Below, piece by piece: positions 35,880 through 44,802 of a stretch of DNA of 47,193 nucleotides (within the stretch, counting starts at the first letter, position 1; each line of letters begins with the position of its first letter). Origin of the DNA: an uncultured Spongiibacteraceae bacterium. GTDB taxonomy: Bacteria; Pseudomonadota; Gammaproteobacteria; Pseudomonadales; DT-91. The position numbers were made by a program, and so were the translations under genes. The stretch covers positions 1 through 47,193 of the forward strand of contig CBDUPD010000001.1 of the NCBI GenBank assembly GCA_965368985.1, in the 5' to 3' direction. The notes below the pieces were generated by a model. That model was not told the origin of the DNA. It searched no databases and saw only the letters and a program-made list of their open reading frames with translations.

Positions 35880-38366
35880 TTATAAATTCCTCTTAGCGCG
35901 ATTCATACGAGTTGCCAGTTGGGCTGCAATATTCCCTTCACTGCGTCTAAATGAGTTGGCATCGGGTGTTGAGACATTCATATTAATTACAACATCTCCG
36001 CCCGATCCACGTAATTGACCATTAGGGACAATATTGCCAGATTGTCTGGGCATAAAAAGCTCAGGCCCTTGTTCACCCACTAATATAGGGCGACCTGGGG
36101 CAACGGGCCCGCCTGCCGCAAAGAAACCGCCGAATAGACTACTAAATAGCCCACCGCCACCTCCGCCGCCGCCAAAGAGTGAGCTGAATAAACCTCCACC
36201 TCCAGCACTACCACCACCGCCACCAAACAAACTATTGAGTTCAGAGCCAGCTGCTTGTCGTGCCATTTGGAATAAAGCATTTTGAAATGAATCCACCATG
36301 CCCTTGAAACCATTATCAATGAAGGAGAAGAAGCCGTTTGAGAATATACCTGCTAGTTGTTGTTGATGCCCTTGCGCCAATTGTTGTTGTGATGAAAATG
36401 ATTGATTGGCCGCATCACTGGTATTAGTTAATTCTGTTTTATACTGCCCCAACGATTGATTCACAGACTCTTGCGCTTGAACGGTCTGGGCCAATACAGC
36501 ATTGCGATTAGCCTCACTGTCTGCTAAGTTTTTGACTTGATCGGCAGCTGTTTGTAAATCCTTGGGTGGTTTTACTTCGGGCACTTTTTTAATTTCTTGT
36601 TTTAAACTTTGCGTTGCTTGTTTAGCTTTTTCATTTTGTAATTCAAAACGTACAAGGGCAGTAATATTCTCATCAATTTTAGTGATTTCAGCATTACGTG
36701 CTTGACGCAATTTATCGATGTTTTCGCCGAGTTGTTGAGTGGCAGTTTTACTGGATTTGATTTCTGCCGTGTAGGCGCGTAACGATTCGCTCACCTTGCC
36801 AAGCCCGGGTATTTTGCTTAACGCGCTAGCCACACCACTTAAGAATGAGGCAAACAATCGTTTCATATTATCAATGGCAATACTCCACGAGGCTGTAATG
36901 GCCTCCCAAGCAGCCTGTGCGCCAAATTTAAGGTGCTCCCAGCCTTTTAACATGGCTCCGATGAAGGCAAGCCCTGCAATGCGTGCGACAGCAAATTTCT
37001 CTCGTAAAATCGTGCCAATTTGCCAGCCTGCAAATGCAGCGAATAGCACACCGGCTGCAATTTTCAATTTGCCTAAAGCACCCGTGGCAGCAACCGCTGC
37101 AACCGATGTCCCACCAAGCGAGGTATTAAATAACTGCATGGCAGGGACACCTGCTAATAGCGCAAGTCGAAAAGTGGCAATGGCTTTGGTTGCGCTTTGT
37201 ATAGCGGTCGTCGTTAATGCAATGGCAACGGGCAATGCTTTAAAACCGACATGTAATGCTGCACCAACAGCAACAATTTTAGCGAGAGCTGTCAGGACAT
37301 TAATATTTTCGCCAACCCAGCGAGCCGTAACGATTAGGGCATTGACAACCGCAGTCAACGCAGGTTTTAGTGCATCAAATAAATTCAGTGCAGCCCCTTC
37401 AATGGCGCTGCTTAATGATTTTAATTGACCGTCAAACGAGCCAGCTTTTATTTTAGCTTGCTCATAGGCGACATTTGTGCCTTGTAGGGCTGTGCTTAAT
37501 TGCACAACCGTATCACGGTTTTTAATCAGCGAGTTGGCAACGACTAGTGTTTCACGACCAAATAGTTTTACTTTTTCTGTTGCCGTTAAATTCTTCTTGG
37601 CTAAATTCTCTAGCGCTTTGTTTAATCCAACAATTGCAGGATTAATGCTGTTGTCCGTTTGGGTTTGTAGTATGGTTAATATATTCCGCAAACCCACACC
37701 GGCTTTTTGACCCTTGATAGCATCCTTTGCTAACGCTTGTATCGCTGCATTAGTTTGCTCAAACGACAAACCTGCTTGTGAGGCAACAATACCGGCATCT
37801 TTTAATGCTTGCGCGGTATCCTGGACCTCTGATGCCCCCAATTTTGCACCAGCGGCAAGGACATTAATAAATCGTCCTGCTTGATCGGCTTCAACACCAA
37901 ACTGGTTAAGCGAAGCGCCCAGTGTTTTTGCTGCTTCTGGTAAACTCGACCCGGTTGCTTCAGCTAAGACAATCGCCTCTTTAGTGACGGCCTTAAGTGC
38001 TTTGACGTTACTTAATAAATCCGGTTTTGCCGATGCCACTAACTTAAAGGCTTCAGCCGCTTGTGTGGCCGATAACGTTGTTGTGCGACCAAACTCTTTA
38101 CTGGCATTCGTTAGAAATTCTAAATCTTTGCCAACTGCACCGGTGATCGCACTCAAGTCAGCAATCGATGCTGAAAATTCTCTTCCCTTTTGGATGAGCT
38201 GCGTAAATCCGGCACCGGCAGCTAGACCCGCTGTAAGACCAACAAAGGCCGTCTTTAACGAAAGCGCTGATTTTTTTACACCGGATAAGTTTTTCTTAAC
38301 GGATGCCAATGCAACTTTTGTTTTATCGACTGCGACAATGTTATAGCGTGCTTCAGGTCTTGCCAT
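35880..38366 (-). CDS. Tail tape measure protein
   Basis: 828 aa, Ala-rich and helical. Conserved core (ATQAAEAFKLVASAKPD). C-terminal Gly-run repeats. Lies directly downstream of the G/GT chaperone. Confidence 0.9.
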   Translation of the reverse strand: MARPEARYNIVAVDKTKVALASVKKNLSGVKKSALSLKTAFVGLTAGLAAGAGFTQLIQKGREFSASIADLSAITGAVGKDLEFLTNASKEFGRTTTLSATQAAEAFKLVASAKPDLLSNVKALKAVTKEAIVLAEATGSSLPEAAKTLGASLNQFGVEADQAGRFINVLAAGAKLGASEVQDTAQALKDAGIVASQAGLSFEQTNAAIQALAKDAIKGQKAGVGLRNILTILQTQTDNSINPAIVGLNKALENLAKKNLTATEKVKLFGRETLVVANSLIKNRDTVVQLSTALQGTNVAYEQAKIKAGSFDGQLKSLSSAIEGAALNLFDALKPALTAVVNALIVTARWVGENINVLTALAKIVAVGAALHVGFKALPVAIALTTTAIQSATKAIATFRLALLAGVPAMQLFNTSLGGTSVAAVAATGALGKLKIAAGVLFAAFAGWQIGTILREKFAVARIAGLAFIGAMLKGWEHLKFGAQAAWEAITASWSIAIDNMKRLFASFLSGVASALSKIPGLGKVSESLRAYTAEIKSSKTATQQLGENIDKLRQARNAEITKIDENITALVRFELQNEKAKQATQSLKQEIKKVPEVKPPKDLQTAADQVKNLADSEANRNAVLAQTVQAQESVNQSLGQYKTELTNTSDAANQSFSSQQQLAQGHQQQLAGIFSNGFFSFIDNGFKGMVDSFQNALFQMARQAAGSELNSLFGGGGGSAGGGGLFSSLFGGGGGGGGLFSSLFGGFFAAGGPVAPGRPILVGEQGPELFMPRQSGNIVPNGQLRGSGGDVVINMNVSTPDANSFRRSEGNIAAQLATRMNRAKRNL

Positions 38367-38873
38367 TGTTTGACTCGTCTTTTAAATAGTTAAAATAAGC
38401 GGACCATCCAAAGAATTCTGCGGCTGGCATTGCTAAAATTTCCCCAACCGTTTTATGTAAGCGAGATGCCAATCCGTAAATACATAGGAGATCGGCATCT
38501 AATCGGATTTTTTTTCGAGTTCACCGATTTGTTCCAGTGAATTGTCGATCTCGCCCATTTGAGTAATGACACTACAAACTACTTGTGGTGACACATGGCG
38601 CAGTAATTCTAAACGGTTTGCTTTTTTAAAAAGCGGCGCACCATTTTCATCTAAGCAGCGAATAATGAGAATATCGATAAAAGCTTCAACAGACTCTTGT
38701 GTTGCCAATTTAGCAACTTCGCTAAATTGCTGTACGGGTAAAGCCGCTAAGGGTTTGAAATATACTTTGGCGGGGGCGTTTTTATCGCCCCATTCGGCAA
38801 CTTCAACGCATTTAATGCCATTGCCTGCAATTAAATCTTTAAAATGTGACTTTGCATTATCTAAAATAGACAT
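38353..38873 (-). CDS. Frameshifted tail assembly chaperone (gpGT analogue, -1 PRF product)
   Basis: After a -1 slip on A_AAA_AAA (38508-38514), the -1 frame stays open for 51 codons (IRLDADLL...EFFGWSAYFNYLKDESNNGKT). It stops at 38353-38355, just inside the tape measure start. Confidence 0.6.
38499..38873 (-). CDS. Tail assembly chaperone (gpG analogue)
   Basis: 124 aa, acidic. Lies between the tail tube and tape measure genes. Ends in ...GELEKKSD, just after an A8 slippery run. Confidence 0.75.
   Translation of the reverse strand: MSILDNAKSHFKDLIAGNGIKCVEVAEWGDKNAPAKVYFKPLAALPVQQFSEVAKLATQESVEAFIDILIIRCLDENGAPLFKKANRLELLRHVSPQVVCSVITQMGEIDNSLEQIGELEKKSD
38508..38514 (-). promoter_or_regulatory. 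Programmed -1 ribosomal frameshift slippery heptamer A_AAA_AAA
   Basis: The zero-frame reading is GAA AAA AAA TCC GAT TAG. The heptamer sits 2 codons before the gpG-like stop. Confidence 0.6.
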
Positions 38874-38890
38874 AAGAGTCTCCCATAATA

Positions 38891-39283
38891 TTAAGGTACA
38901 GTATCAATTGTCAGCGGGCCGGTGCCTTGAAACGTGAAGTTCGCTTCAACCACATTATCGTGTGCCCCAGTTACTGAGAGTCCGGTGACAAGTGCCGTAC
39001 CTGAGAAAAAGGTATCACCCATACCATCACCTTCTGGGTAGAGATTTAAAACGAAGCTTGAGCCAATAGTGAGTGCTGCTTGTCCGTTGGTATCGGTTTC
39101 ATCCCACCATGCACTGGCTGATCCACTCCAGCTTCTCATCGTGATTTGATGGTTTTTCCATTCATCGCCAATAATCGCTGTATCCACAGTGTCAGCTGTC
39201 ATATCAATAGTCCAAGAACGGACCTCAGCTACTGTGTTATTGCCATTTTTGACGATGCCTTCACTGCCTGCGTGTGTTGCCAT
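38891..39283 (-). CDS. Major tail (tube) protein, Phage_tail_2/TP901-like
   Basis: 130 aa. Pattern VAEVRSWTIDMTADTVDTA...WKNHQITMRSWSGSASAWWD is typical of short tail-tube proteins. The position is correct for this role. Confidence 0.7.
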   Translation of the reverse strand: MATHAGSEGIVKNGNNTVAEVRSWTIDMTADTVDTAIIGDEWKNHQITMRSWSGSASAWWDETDTNGQAALTIGSSFVLNLYPEGDGMGDTFFSGTALVTGLSVTGAHDNVVEANFTFQGTGPLTIDTVP

Positions 39284-39296
39284 AGTCGTTTCTCCT

Positions 39297-39755
39297 TTAT
39301 ATTAAAACAGTGCTAGGGTCGCTGGCTGCCACCCTGTAACTGACGTTAAATAAGATTTCTGCTAAGCCAATGGGCTTTGCATTTTCGCCTTCCAAAGTAA
39401 TGTCGGAACTGATCCACCAAATATCTTTAGCAAGTCCACCTAATGTGATATCACTCAATAAAGCCTGCCTGACTTCCACTTCAATTTGATCAAGCGTGTC
39501 ATCTAGGCTTGATGCTGATTCTTGTACATGCGCTTTGATAATTAATCCCAGGTTGGCCCACACAATTCGATTACCGTTTGTAGCAGAGGTATTATCAATT
39601 TCAGCTACATCATTATCTGTCATGATGCTAATGCCTGGTAGCGATGCGTTTTCCAACGGATAAACACGAGATACAAAGACATTGCTGCCTGTAGTTGCTA
39701 AGCCTGTGAGCGTTGTTGCCACAGCATCCCGAATTTGTTGTCTTGCATGCGGCAT
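39297..39755 (-). CDS. Tail terminator, lambda gpU-like
   Basis: 152 aa, collinear in pattern with gpU (R..I.DAV...L...NVF..R......LPGISI...). Lies between the gpZ-like and tube genes. Confidence 0.6.
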   Translation of the reverse strand: MPHARQQIRDAVATTLTGLATTGSNVFVSRVYPLENASLPGISIMTDNDVAEIDNTSATNGNRIVWANLGLIIKAHVQESASSLDDTLDQIEVEVRQALLSDITLGGLAKDIWWISSDITLEGENAKPIGLAEILFNVSYRVAASDPSTVLI

Positions 39756-40318
39756 TACGTATATCCTCGTCGCATGAGTTCAAAATTAACTTCATGATTA
39801 AAGTTTTTTAGCCAGCGCACATTAGCTGTGTTATCCATTGCTTTAATAATTACGGTTTCTAAAAACACTTTCGGAATACTAGGCCCACGTAATTCACTGA
39901 TCGGCAAGCGTGGTTTACCCACACGCTTAAAGACTCCTTCATGTCCGCTTTTAGTGCGTACTAAAAAGGCATGTGGGATTTGTTTACGCTGACCTTGCGA
40001 TTTATAACTCACACCAGAAGCATTTTGTTTGGCTCTGGCATCGATCTGAATAATCGGTAGCCGTTTACCTGTGGCTTCAACAAAACCATTCAGGTTACTA
40101 AAGTTAGCCCGCTTGACTCGTGTTGCCTTACGGACAAATTTCTGTTTTACACCGAGATCTTTAGCAATCGCTTTTACCGCAGTCGATTGCACTGGACGAA
40201 GTGTTTTATTCACTGCACGTGTGGCTGCTTTAGGTAAAACCTCTCGCGCAAGACTGCCTAGCATACGTTCGATCCCGCGTATATCTGAACGAATATCCAT
40301 ATTTAATCCACTAGCCAT
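39755..40318 (-). CDS. Tail completion protein, lambda gpZ-like
   Basis: 187 aa. AVNKTLRPVQSTAVKAIAKDLGVKQKFVRKATRVKRAN...LPIIQI parallels lambda gpZ AINRVASSAISQSASQVARETKVRRKLVKERARLKRAT...LPVIKL. Confidence 0.7.
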   Translation of the reverse strand: MASGLNMDIRSDIRGIERMLGSLAREVLPKAATRAVNKTLRPVQSTAVKAIAKDLGVKQKFVRKATRVKRANFSNLNGFVEATGKRLPIIQIDARAKQNASGVSYKSQGQRKQIPHAFLVRTKSGHEGVFKRVGKPRLPISELRGPSIPKVFLETVIIKAMDNTANVRWLKNFNHEVNFELMRRGYT

Positions 40319-40623
40319 TATTGTTCCTCAAGCATAAGCGTTGTAATGCTTAAACCGTCAGGTTGTACACCCACGACGTTATAAGCCACGCCTGAAATCG
40401 TTAAGGCATGACCGTGAATCACATTAGGAACATCATCGGTTTTTGCAGTAAATTGTGGGTTAGAGCCTTCAACTTCCGCGGTTTCCTCAAAGCCTGTATC
40501 AAAAACACCGCTAATCGTTATGGTGTTTGCACCATCAAAATAATCAGCGCTATCAGTCCCCAATCGTTTCATGACTTTAGTCGTAACCTTTTTATCAATA
40601 TTACGAAATTTAGGTGTTGCCAT
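40318..40623 (-). CDS. Head-tail joining protein, lambda gpFII-like
   Basis: 101 aa. ISGVFDTGFEETAEVEGSNPQFTAKTDDVP...LTISGVAYNVVGVQPDG parallels gpFII IRGVFDDPE...VEGSSPSLFVRTDEV...LTIGEENFWVDRVSPDDG. Confidence 0.65.
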   Translation of the reverse strand: MATPKFRNIDKKVTTKVMKRLGTDSADYFDGANTITISGVFDTGFEETAEVEGSNPQFTAKTDDVPNVIHGHALTISGVAYNVVGVQPDGLSITTLMLEEQ

Positions 40624-40640
40624 AGCATATTCCTCTTATG

Positions 40641-40666
40641 AAAAAGGCGACCCGAAAGCCGCCTTT
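40641..40666 (-). terminator. Intrinsic terminator after the capsid/cement genes
   Basis: On the minus strand: GGCGGC(U)-UUCG-(G)GUCGCC stem with a UUCG tetraloop, followed by UUUUU. Confidence 0.7.
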
Positions 40667-40670
40667 GCGA

Positions 40671-41000
40671 TTAGCCATTTAGTTTGACCGGAATAGTTGG
40701 ATCAGCCGCTATCTTCGATTCAAAGGCATAGCCTGCCAAGGTATTACCTGCAGAAGTGAGGGTAATATTGCCAGCAGTAGCATCCCAATAAACTGCCTGT
40801 CCTTGGTTAATCGCCTCAGATGCTTTTGCTAATGAAAAAACACCCTCGACATGAGCTGCCCCTGTACTACCATCAGCAATATCGACGACAGCTACAGCAA
40901 TACGGTCGTTAACGACGACCGCATCGCTGCTATTAATGGTTGATCCGGTGCTGTTGCTGTAAACCAGTACATCACCCCGTTGTGTGTAATTCGTTGCCAT
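40671..41000 (-). CDS. DUF2190-type capsid cement/decoration protein
   Basis: 109 aa. GVFSLAKASEAINQGQAVYWDATAGNITL...AGYAFE matches the DUF2190 pattern. Lies directly after the capsid gene. Confidence 0.6.
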   Translation of the reverse strand: MATNYTQRGDVLVYSNSTGSTINSSDAVVVNDRIAVAVVDIADGSTGAAHVEGVFSLAKASEAINQGQAVYWDATAGNITLTSAGNTLAGYAFESKIAADPTIPVKLNG

Positions 41001-41024
41001 GTTAATAACTCCTTAGGTTAAAAT

Positions 41025-42983
41025 TTATACGCCTGCATTTTTATAGAAGGTACGGTAATCCAGTGCTTTAACACCGGCATCAAGTCTGACCTTGTATTCA
41101 ATACCATCCACATTCCAACCGCTTTGCTGCTCTAATGTTGGTGTGCTGCGGCCATCAAGATAAGCTACTTCTAGCACATCAAATTGACTACCGTTAGCGG
41201 TGAGATACCAAGCGGTGGTTGATGCCGCATCTAATCGCGCATCAGGAATAACTTGGGCTAAACCACGTACCGAGTTAGGTTTGCGGCTATTGTTTTGACT
41301 TGGATCGGTTTCAGATGCCATTAATACCTTGGCTGTTCCCTCCAATGCTACTGGCACTAAAAAGTAGGTTGGGCGAATATTTAATGTCGCTTCACCAATT
41401 TTTTGTGTTGCCATTGCTACGCGACCTGCATCAAGGGTTGCTACAGTGGGAGCGCCACCCGATGCAGCAAGATTGTTGTGAGCCGCGTCAAACAACGGTA
41501 ATCCATCACTGGCCAAGGGGTTATCGGTTAATACTGCGTAGACCAGATTGCCAATGGTGCGAATGGCGGCTCGACCCATCTTGCGAGGAATACGCGTAAA
41601 TACCGATAAATCATCGTTGATGATTGCTTGTCTCGTGATGGAAAACATAGAGCCATAAGTAGCGAGCTGAATGGTTTCGGCACGCTCACCCATAGTGGCT
41701 GATTTGTATTCCGCACCTTCTAACACCTCCTGAAGCGAGGGAAATTCATTCAAATCAACCCGAGAGTTGATTTTGAAATCTGATAATGTCCCGCTGCTTG
41801 TCCATAGTGGGAAGGTTTCTTCCGTTTCGGTATAACCTTTTAACATGGATTTTTCAGCGGTATTGGATAGAATGGCTGCGAAATCACTCGTTGAATGAGT
41901 AAAGGCGCGGCCAATCATATCCATGCGCTCCATATTGCGCGTGGATACGCCGGATACTTCCAGCGCACGGCGGGCTATTTCTACCAGGGTGAGTCCTCGG
42001 AACTCATTATTGGCATCATCTTCACCTAAACCACTGCGGGCTTGAATAGCTAACGATGCGCCATCTCTGAATTTATCGCGAGCATCTTCAAGTACTTCGA
42101 CTCTAGCATCACCGCCGAGCGATCCTTCTTGCTGACTGGTTTTTCCGATCGCATCCAACAGTAGGGTGCGAGCTTGCTCAGCTGTAATGTCAGGATCATC
42201 TAAACATTGATCGCATAAATCACGATGCTCATCACCAAACGGTGAAAAAACTTGGCGTAATTCCATGCGCCTGGTTTTTTCTGATTTCAACGCTTTGGTG
42301 GTTGCCTGTGCGCGAATAATTTTTTCATCCACCGCCTGAGACTCTTGACTGGCGGTGGCGCTATCTATTTGAGTTGCCATAGATGCATCTCCTTTTCTAA
42401 AATCGCCAGAAGCCTCTGGCTGTGGTTGAATATCCACGACGCGATACGTCATGGGCTCTGTTTCGCTTCGTCCAATCCCTACAGAGCTATCTGCAGGAAT
42501 ATCAACGAGGCTAATTTCCATTGGTATCCATTGATTCACGCGATACTCATCTGGCTCATTTTTATGTTGAGCGGCAAGTGTGCGTTCATTAATGCGATAA
42601 CCCACAGAAACATTCCGTAAAATACCGTTTTCAATATCATCCCAAATGCCACTGACATCATCGCGCTTACTGATGCGCAATTCAGCGTGACCTCTGCCAT
42701 TGTCTACCCAGGCGCGCTCAACCACACCGATGCGATTATCGCGTTGACTACGATCGTGGTTGTAAAGCACAGGGGCTCCGGCATTTAAACGTGATAAATC
42801 GACTTCATCATTACGATGGCCAAGGACTTCGATCCAAGGGTCTTCAAAAAATGAAGCACGTTTAACTTTCGCTTCAGATGAAAAGGAAACTTTGATCCGT
42901 CTTTCATCTTTATCCATAACGGCATCATCCTTTAAGGTAATGTTACGCGTAACAATTCCTTCAATACGTTGTTTTTTACTCAT
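41025..42983 (-). CDS. Prohead protease (S78/HK97-type) fused to major capsid protein
   Basis: Start moved to MSKKQRIEG (ATG at 42983, GGAG 7 nt upstream). N-terminus: VLGHRNDEVDL...PVLYNHD...IGVV...NVSVGYR (S78 protease). C-terminal ~300 aa: FPSLQEVLEGAEYKSATMGERAETIQLATYGSMFSITRQAIINDDL (capsid fold family). Confidence 0.8.
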   Translation of the reverse strand: MSKKQRIEGIVTRNITLKDDAVMDKDERRIKVSFSSEAKVKRASFFEDPWIEVLGHRNDEVDLSRLNAGAPVLYNHDRSQRDNRIGVVERAWVDNGRGHAELRISKRDDVSGIWDDIENGILRNVSVGYRINERTLAAQHKNEPDEYRVNQWIPMEISLVDIPADSSVGIGRSETEPMTYRVVDIQPQPEASGDFRKGDASMATQIDSATASQESQAVDEKIIRAQATTKALKSEKTRRMELRQVFSPFGDEHRDLCDQCLDDPDITAEQARTLLLDAIGKTSQQEGSLGGDARVEVLEDARDKFRDGASLAIQARSGLGEDDANNEFRGLTLVEIARRALEVSGVSTRNMERMDMIGRAFTHSTSDFAAILSNTAEKSMLKGYTETEETFPLWTSSGTLSDFKINSRVDLNEFPSLQEVLEGAEYKSATMGERAETIQLATYGSMFSITRQAIINDDLSVFTRIPRKMGRAAIRTIGNLVYAVLTDNPLASDGLPLFDAAHNNLAASGGAPTVATLDAGRVAMATQKIGEATLNIRPTYFLVPVALEGTAKVLMASETDPSQNNSRKPNSVRGLAQVIPDARLDAASTTAWYLTANGSQFDVLEVAYLDGRSTPTLEQQSGWNVDGIEYKVRLDAGVKALDYRTFYKNAGV

Positions 42984-43046
42984 GCATTTCTCCAGGTATA
43001 AAAAAACCTGCACGTGGCAGGCTCAATCAAATCATGTGATACAAGG

Positions 43047-44564
43047 TTATGAGGGTGTATCTTCTTCATTGACGTCACTATCATCGCCATCGTTTACTGT
43101 TTCACTTGGATCCGGCATGCCTTGTTGTGTACTGCTGAATGTCAAATCCAATTCCGAATCTTTTTGTCGCTCTGCGGCTATTTGCCCCGTCACGTCGCTG
43201 GGATTGCCACCACGCTCGCGGATCACTTGAGAGCGTGATTTAAATCCTGCTAAGACAGCTTCAGTATCCGCTCGGGTTTCTTTTTGTGGATCAATCCAGG
43301 GGATTGCAGGGCCACGAAAATCAGCATGGTCAATCGTGTTAATATCAACTGACCGCGGTAATGTTACCAGTCCGCTAGCGACAACCATGCGGACAAAGCG
43401 TCGCCACAGAGGTCTTGAAAATTGCTCGATAAATTCATCTCGCAAGACCGCATAATGTACTGACTGCTCAACGAGTTCTTGGCGTTGTGCGCTGTAAGTG
43501 CCGTTATAATCTTTGGATATGCTACTAAAGCTACTGCTGGTGCCAGAGGCCACTGCGCGTAACATCGCGTTGCGAAAATCATTTAATAAGGCACTGGGCC
43601 GATTGCTCTGTACCACGCCCAATTCTTCACCGGGGCGTAAGTTATCGAAAAACATCCCTGGCTTCATTTCAAACTGGCGCTCCATGACTTCACTAGTGGT
43701 GGGATCAATCCCAGCCAGGCTTTCCAGCGGCTTTTTAATAAAGCCTGTCATGGCAGCAGCAACTCTGGCAGCGGTACGCTCGGATTCTTCATACTGCTTA
43801 ATATCATCCAGTCGCGTAAGCACACTAGCAAACACAGAAACGCCACGAGTTTGGCGAATACGCTTGGTCACTTTTAAGTGGATCACATTTTTGGCATTAA
43901 TTCGTCGAGTATCATGGTTAATTAAAATAATGTCGTTGCCTGGGTGCTCACGAAACACATGATAAAAGCGTGGCTTACCCCAGCGATCTTTTTCAACACC
44001 TTGTACTAAACGTTTTTTTTCATCGTTTAAATCAAAGGGTAAATAATCCGACTCAAATAATTCGACTGATAGCGGCACAGGTGTGCCGTGACGTAATCCT
44101 CTGACATTACCTTCTAATATATGCAGCAGTACTTCGCCATCACGTAACCAAGCGCGGCAGGCTAGACGGCAGACTTTGTTCCAGTGATATTCACCGGTTA
44201 CATCAGGGCTTAACATCCACTCTCTAAATAAATTCAGCAGTTGGGTGTTGGCTTGTGGATCTAAATTGCCTTGACGGTTTTTTACTTGAGGCTCAACTGC
44301 GATGTTGACGCCAACAATATTATTAACCAACACATCCAAAACACCATTTGCTAAATCGTGATTTTCTTCTAAATGACGCGCTTGTACACGAAGCTGATCA
44401 CCCGCGCGTGCAACGACTGAATCACCACTGCCACGATCTTGAGTTAAGCGATGTAAGCGGGTTGGTTTAGCCGCTTCATAAGCGCGCATCATTAGCCGAG
44501 CCTGCACACGCTTCATTGCCCATGAAGGGAATGTCGCGGAAATTAATTTATCGATCACATTCAT
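43047..44564 (-). CDS. Portal protein, lambda family
   Basis: 505 aa. The N-terminal ...RAYEAAKPTRLHR... and overall pattern fit lambda gpB-type portals. Acidic C-terminus. Position is between the gpW-like and protease genes. Confidence 0.85.
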   Translation of the reverse strand: MNVIDKLISATFPSWAMKRVQARLMMRAYEAAKPTRLHRLTQDRGSGDSVVARAGDQLRVQARHLEENHDLANGVLDVLVNNIVGVNIAVEPQVKNRQGNLDPQANTQLLNLFREWMLSPDVTGEYHWNKVCRLACRAWLRDGEVLLHILEGNVRGLRHGTPVPLSVELFESDYLPFDLNDEKKRLVQGVEKDRWGKPRFYHVFREHPGNDIILINHDTRRINAKNVIHLKVTKRIRQTRGVSVFASVLTRLDDIKQYEESERTAARVAAAMTGFIKKPLESLAGIDPTTSEVMERQFEMKPGMFFDNLRPGEELGVVQSNRPSALLNDFRNAMLRAVASGTSSSFSSISKDYNGTYSAQRQELVEQSVHYAVLRDEFIEQFSRPLWRRFVRMVVASGLVTLPRSVDINTIDHADFRGPAIPWIDPQKETRADTEAVLAGFKSRSQVIRERGGNPSDVTGQIAAERQKDSELDLTFSSTQQGMPDPSETVNDGDDSDVNEEDTPS

Positions 44565-44797
44565 TCGCTAAAACTCACTATGGAATGTCTTGGCACAGGA
44601 TTGGTGTTACTCAAACGATTAATTTGGTCTTGCCAGAAAATAATTTGCTTGCGTATTTCATCTGCATTTTCATACGTCAGTGTGCGCAGGCCGGATGAGG
44701 AAGAAATGCTGACGGTTTTTCCTTCTGCCACATCAAGACTAGCTTGCAGCCATCTGGATAGCTGTTGTTTTGACTGACCTAATGTTAACTGCGCCAT
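44561..44797 (-). CDS. Head-tail joining protein, gpW-like
   Basis: 78 aa. Its size, its position between terL and the portal, and the pattern L...L..VAEGKTV......LRTLTYENADEIRKQI resemble lambda gpW. Confidence 0.6.
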   Translation of the reverse strand: MAQLTLGQSKQQLSRWLQASLDVAEGKTVSISSSSGLRTLTYENADEIRKQIIFWQDQINRLSNTNPVPRHSIVSFSE

Positions 44798-44802
44798 AAC
44801 GT

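Noticed and set aside
36034-36285. Proline-rich 83-aa ORF (PPPPPPPP) and the 210-aa Ala-rich ORF at 36796-37428 on the plus strand
   Set aside because: These are antisense shadows of the Gly-run and Ala-rich coding sequence of the tape measure gene.
43001-43021. Hairpin CCTGC-N5-GCAGG plus U6 on the minus strand just upstream of the protease-capsid RBS as a terminator
   Set aside because: The stem is only 5 bp, and a terminator directly before the most highly expressed late gene is unlikely. It may be an RNA-stability or processing element, but I cannot support a call.
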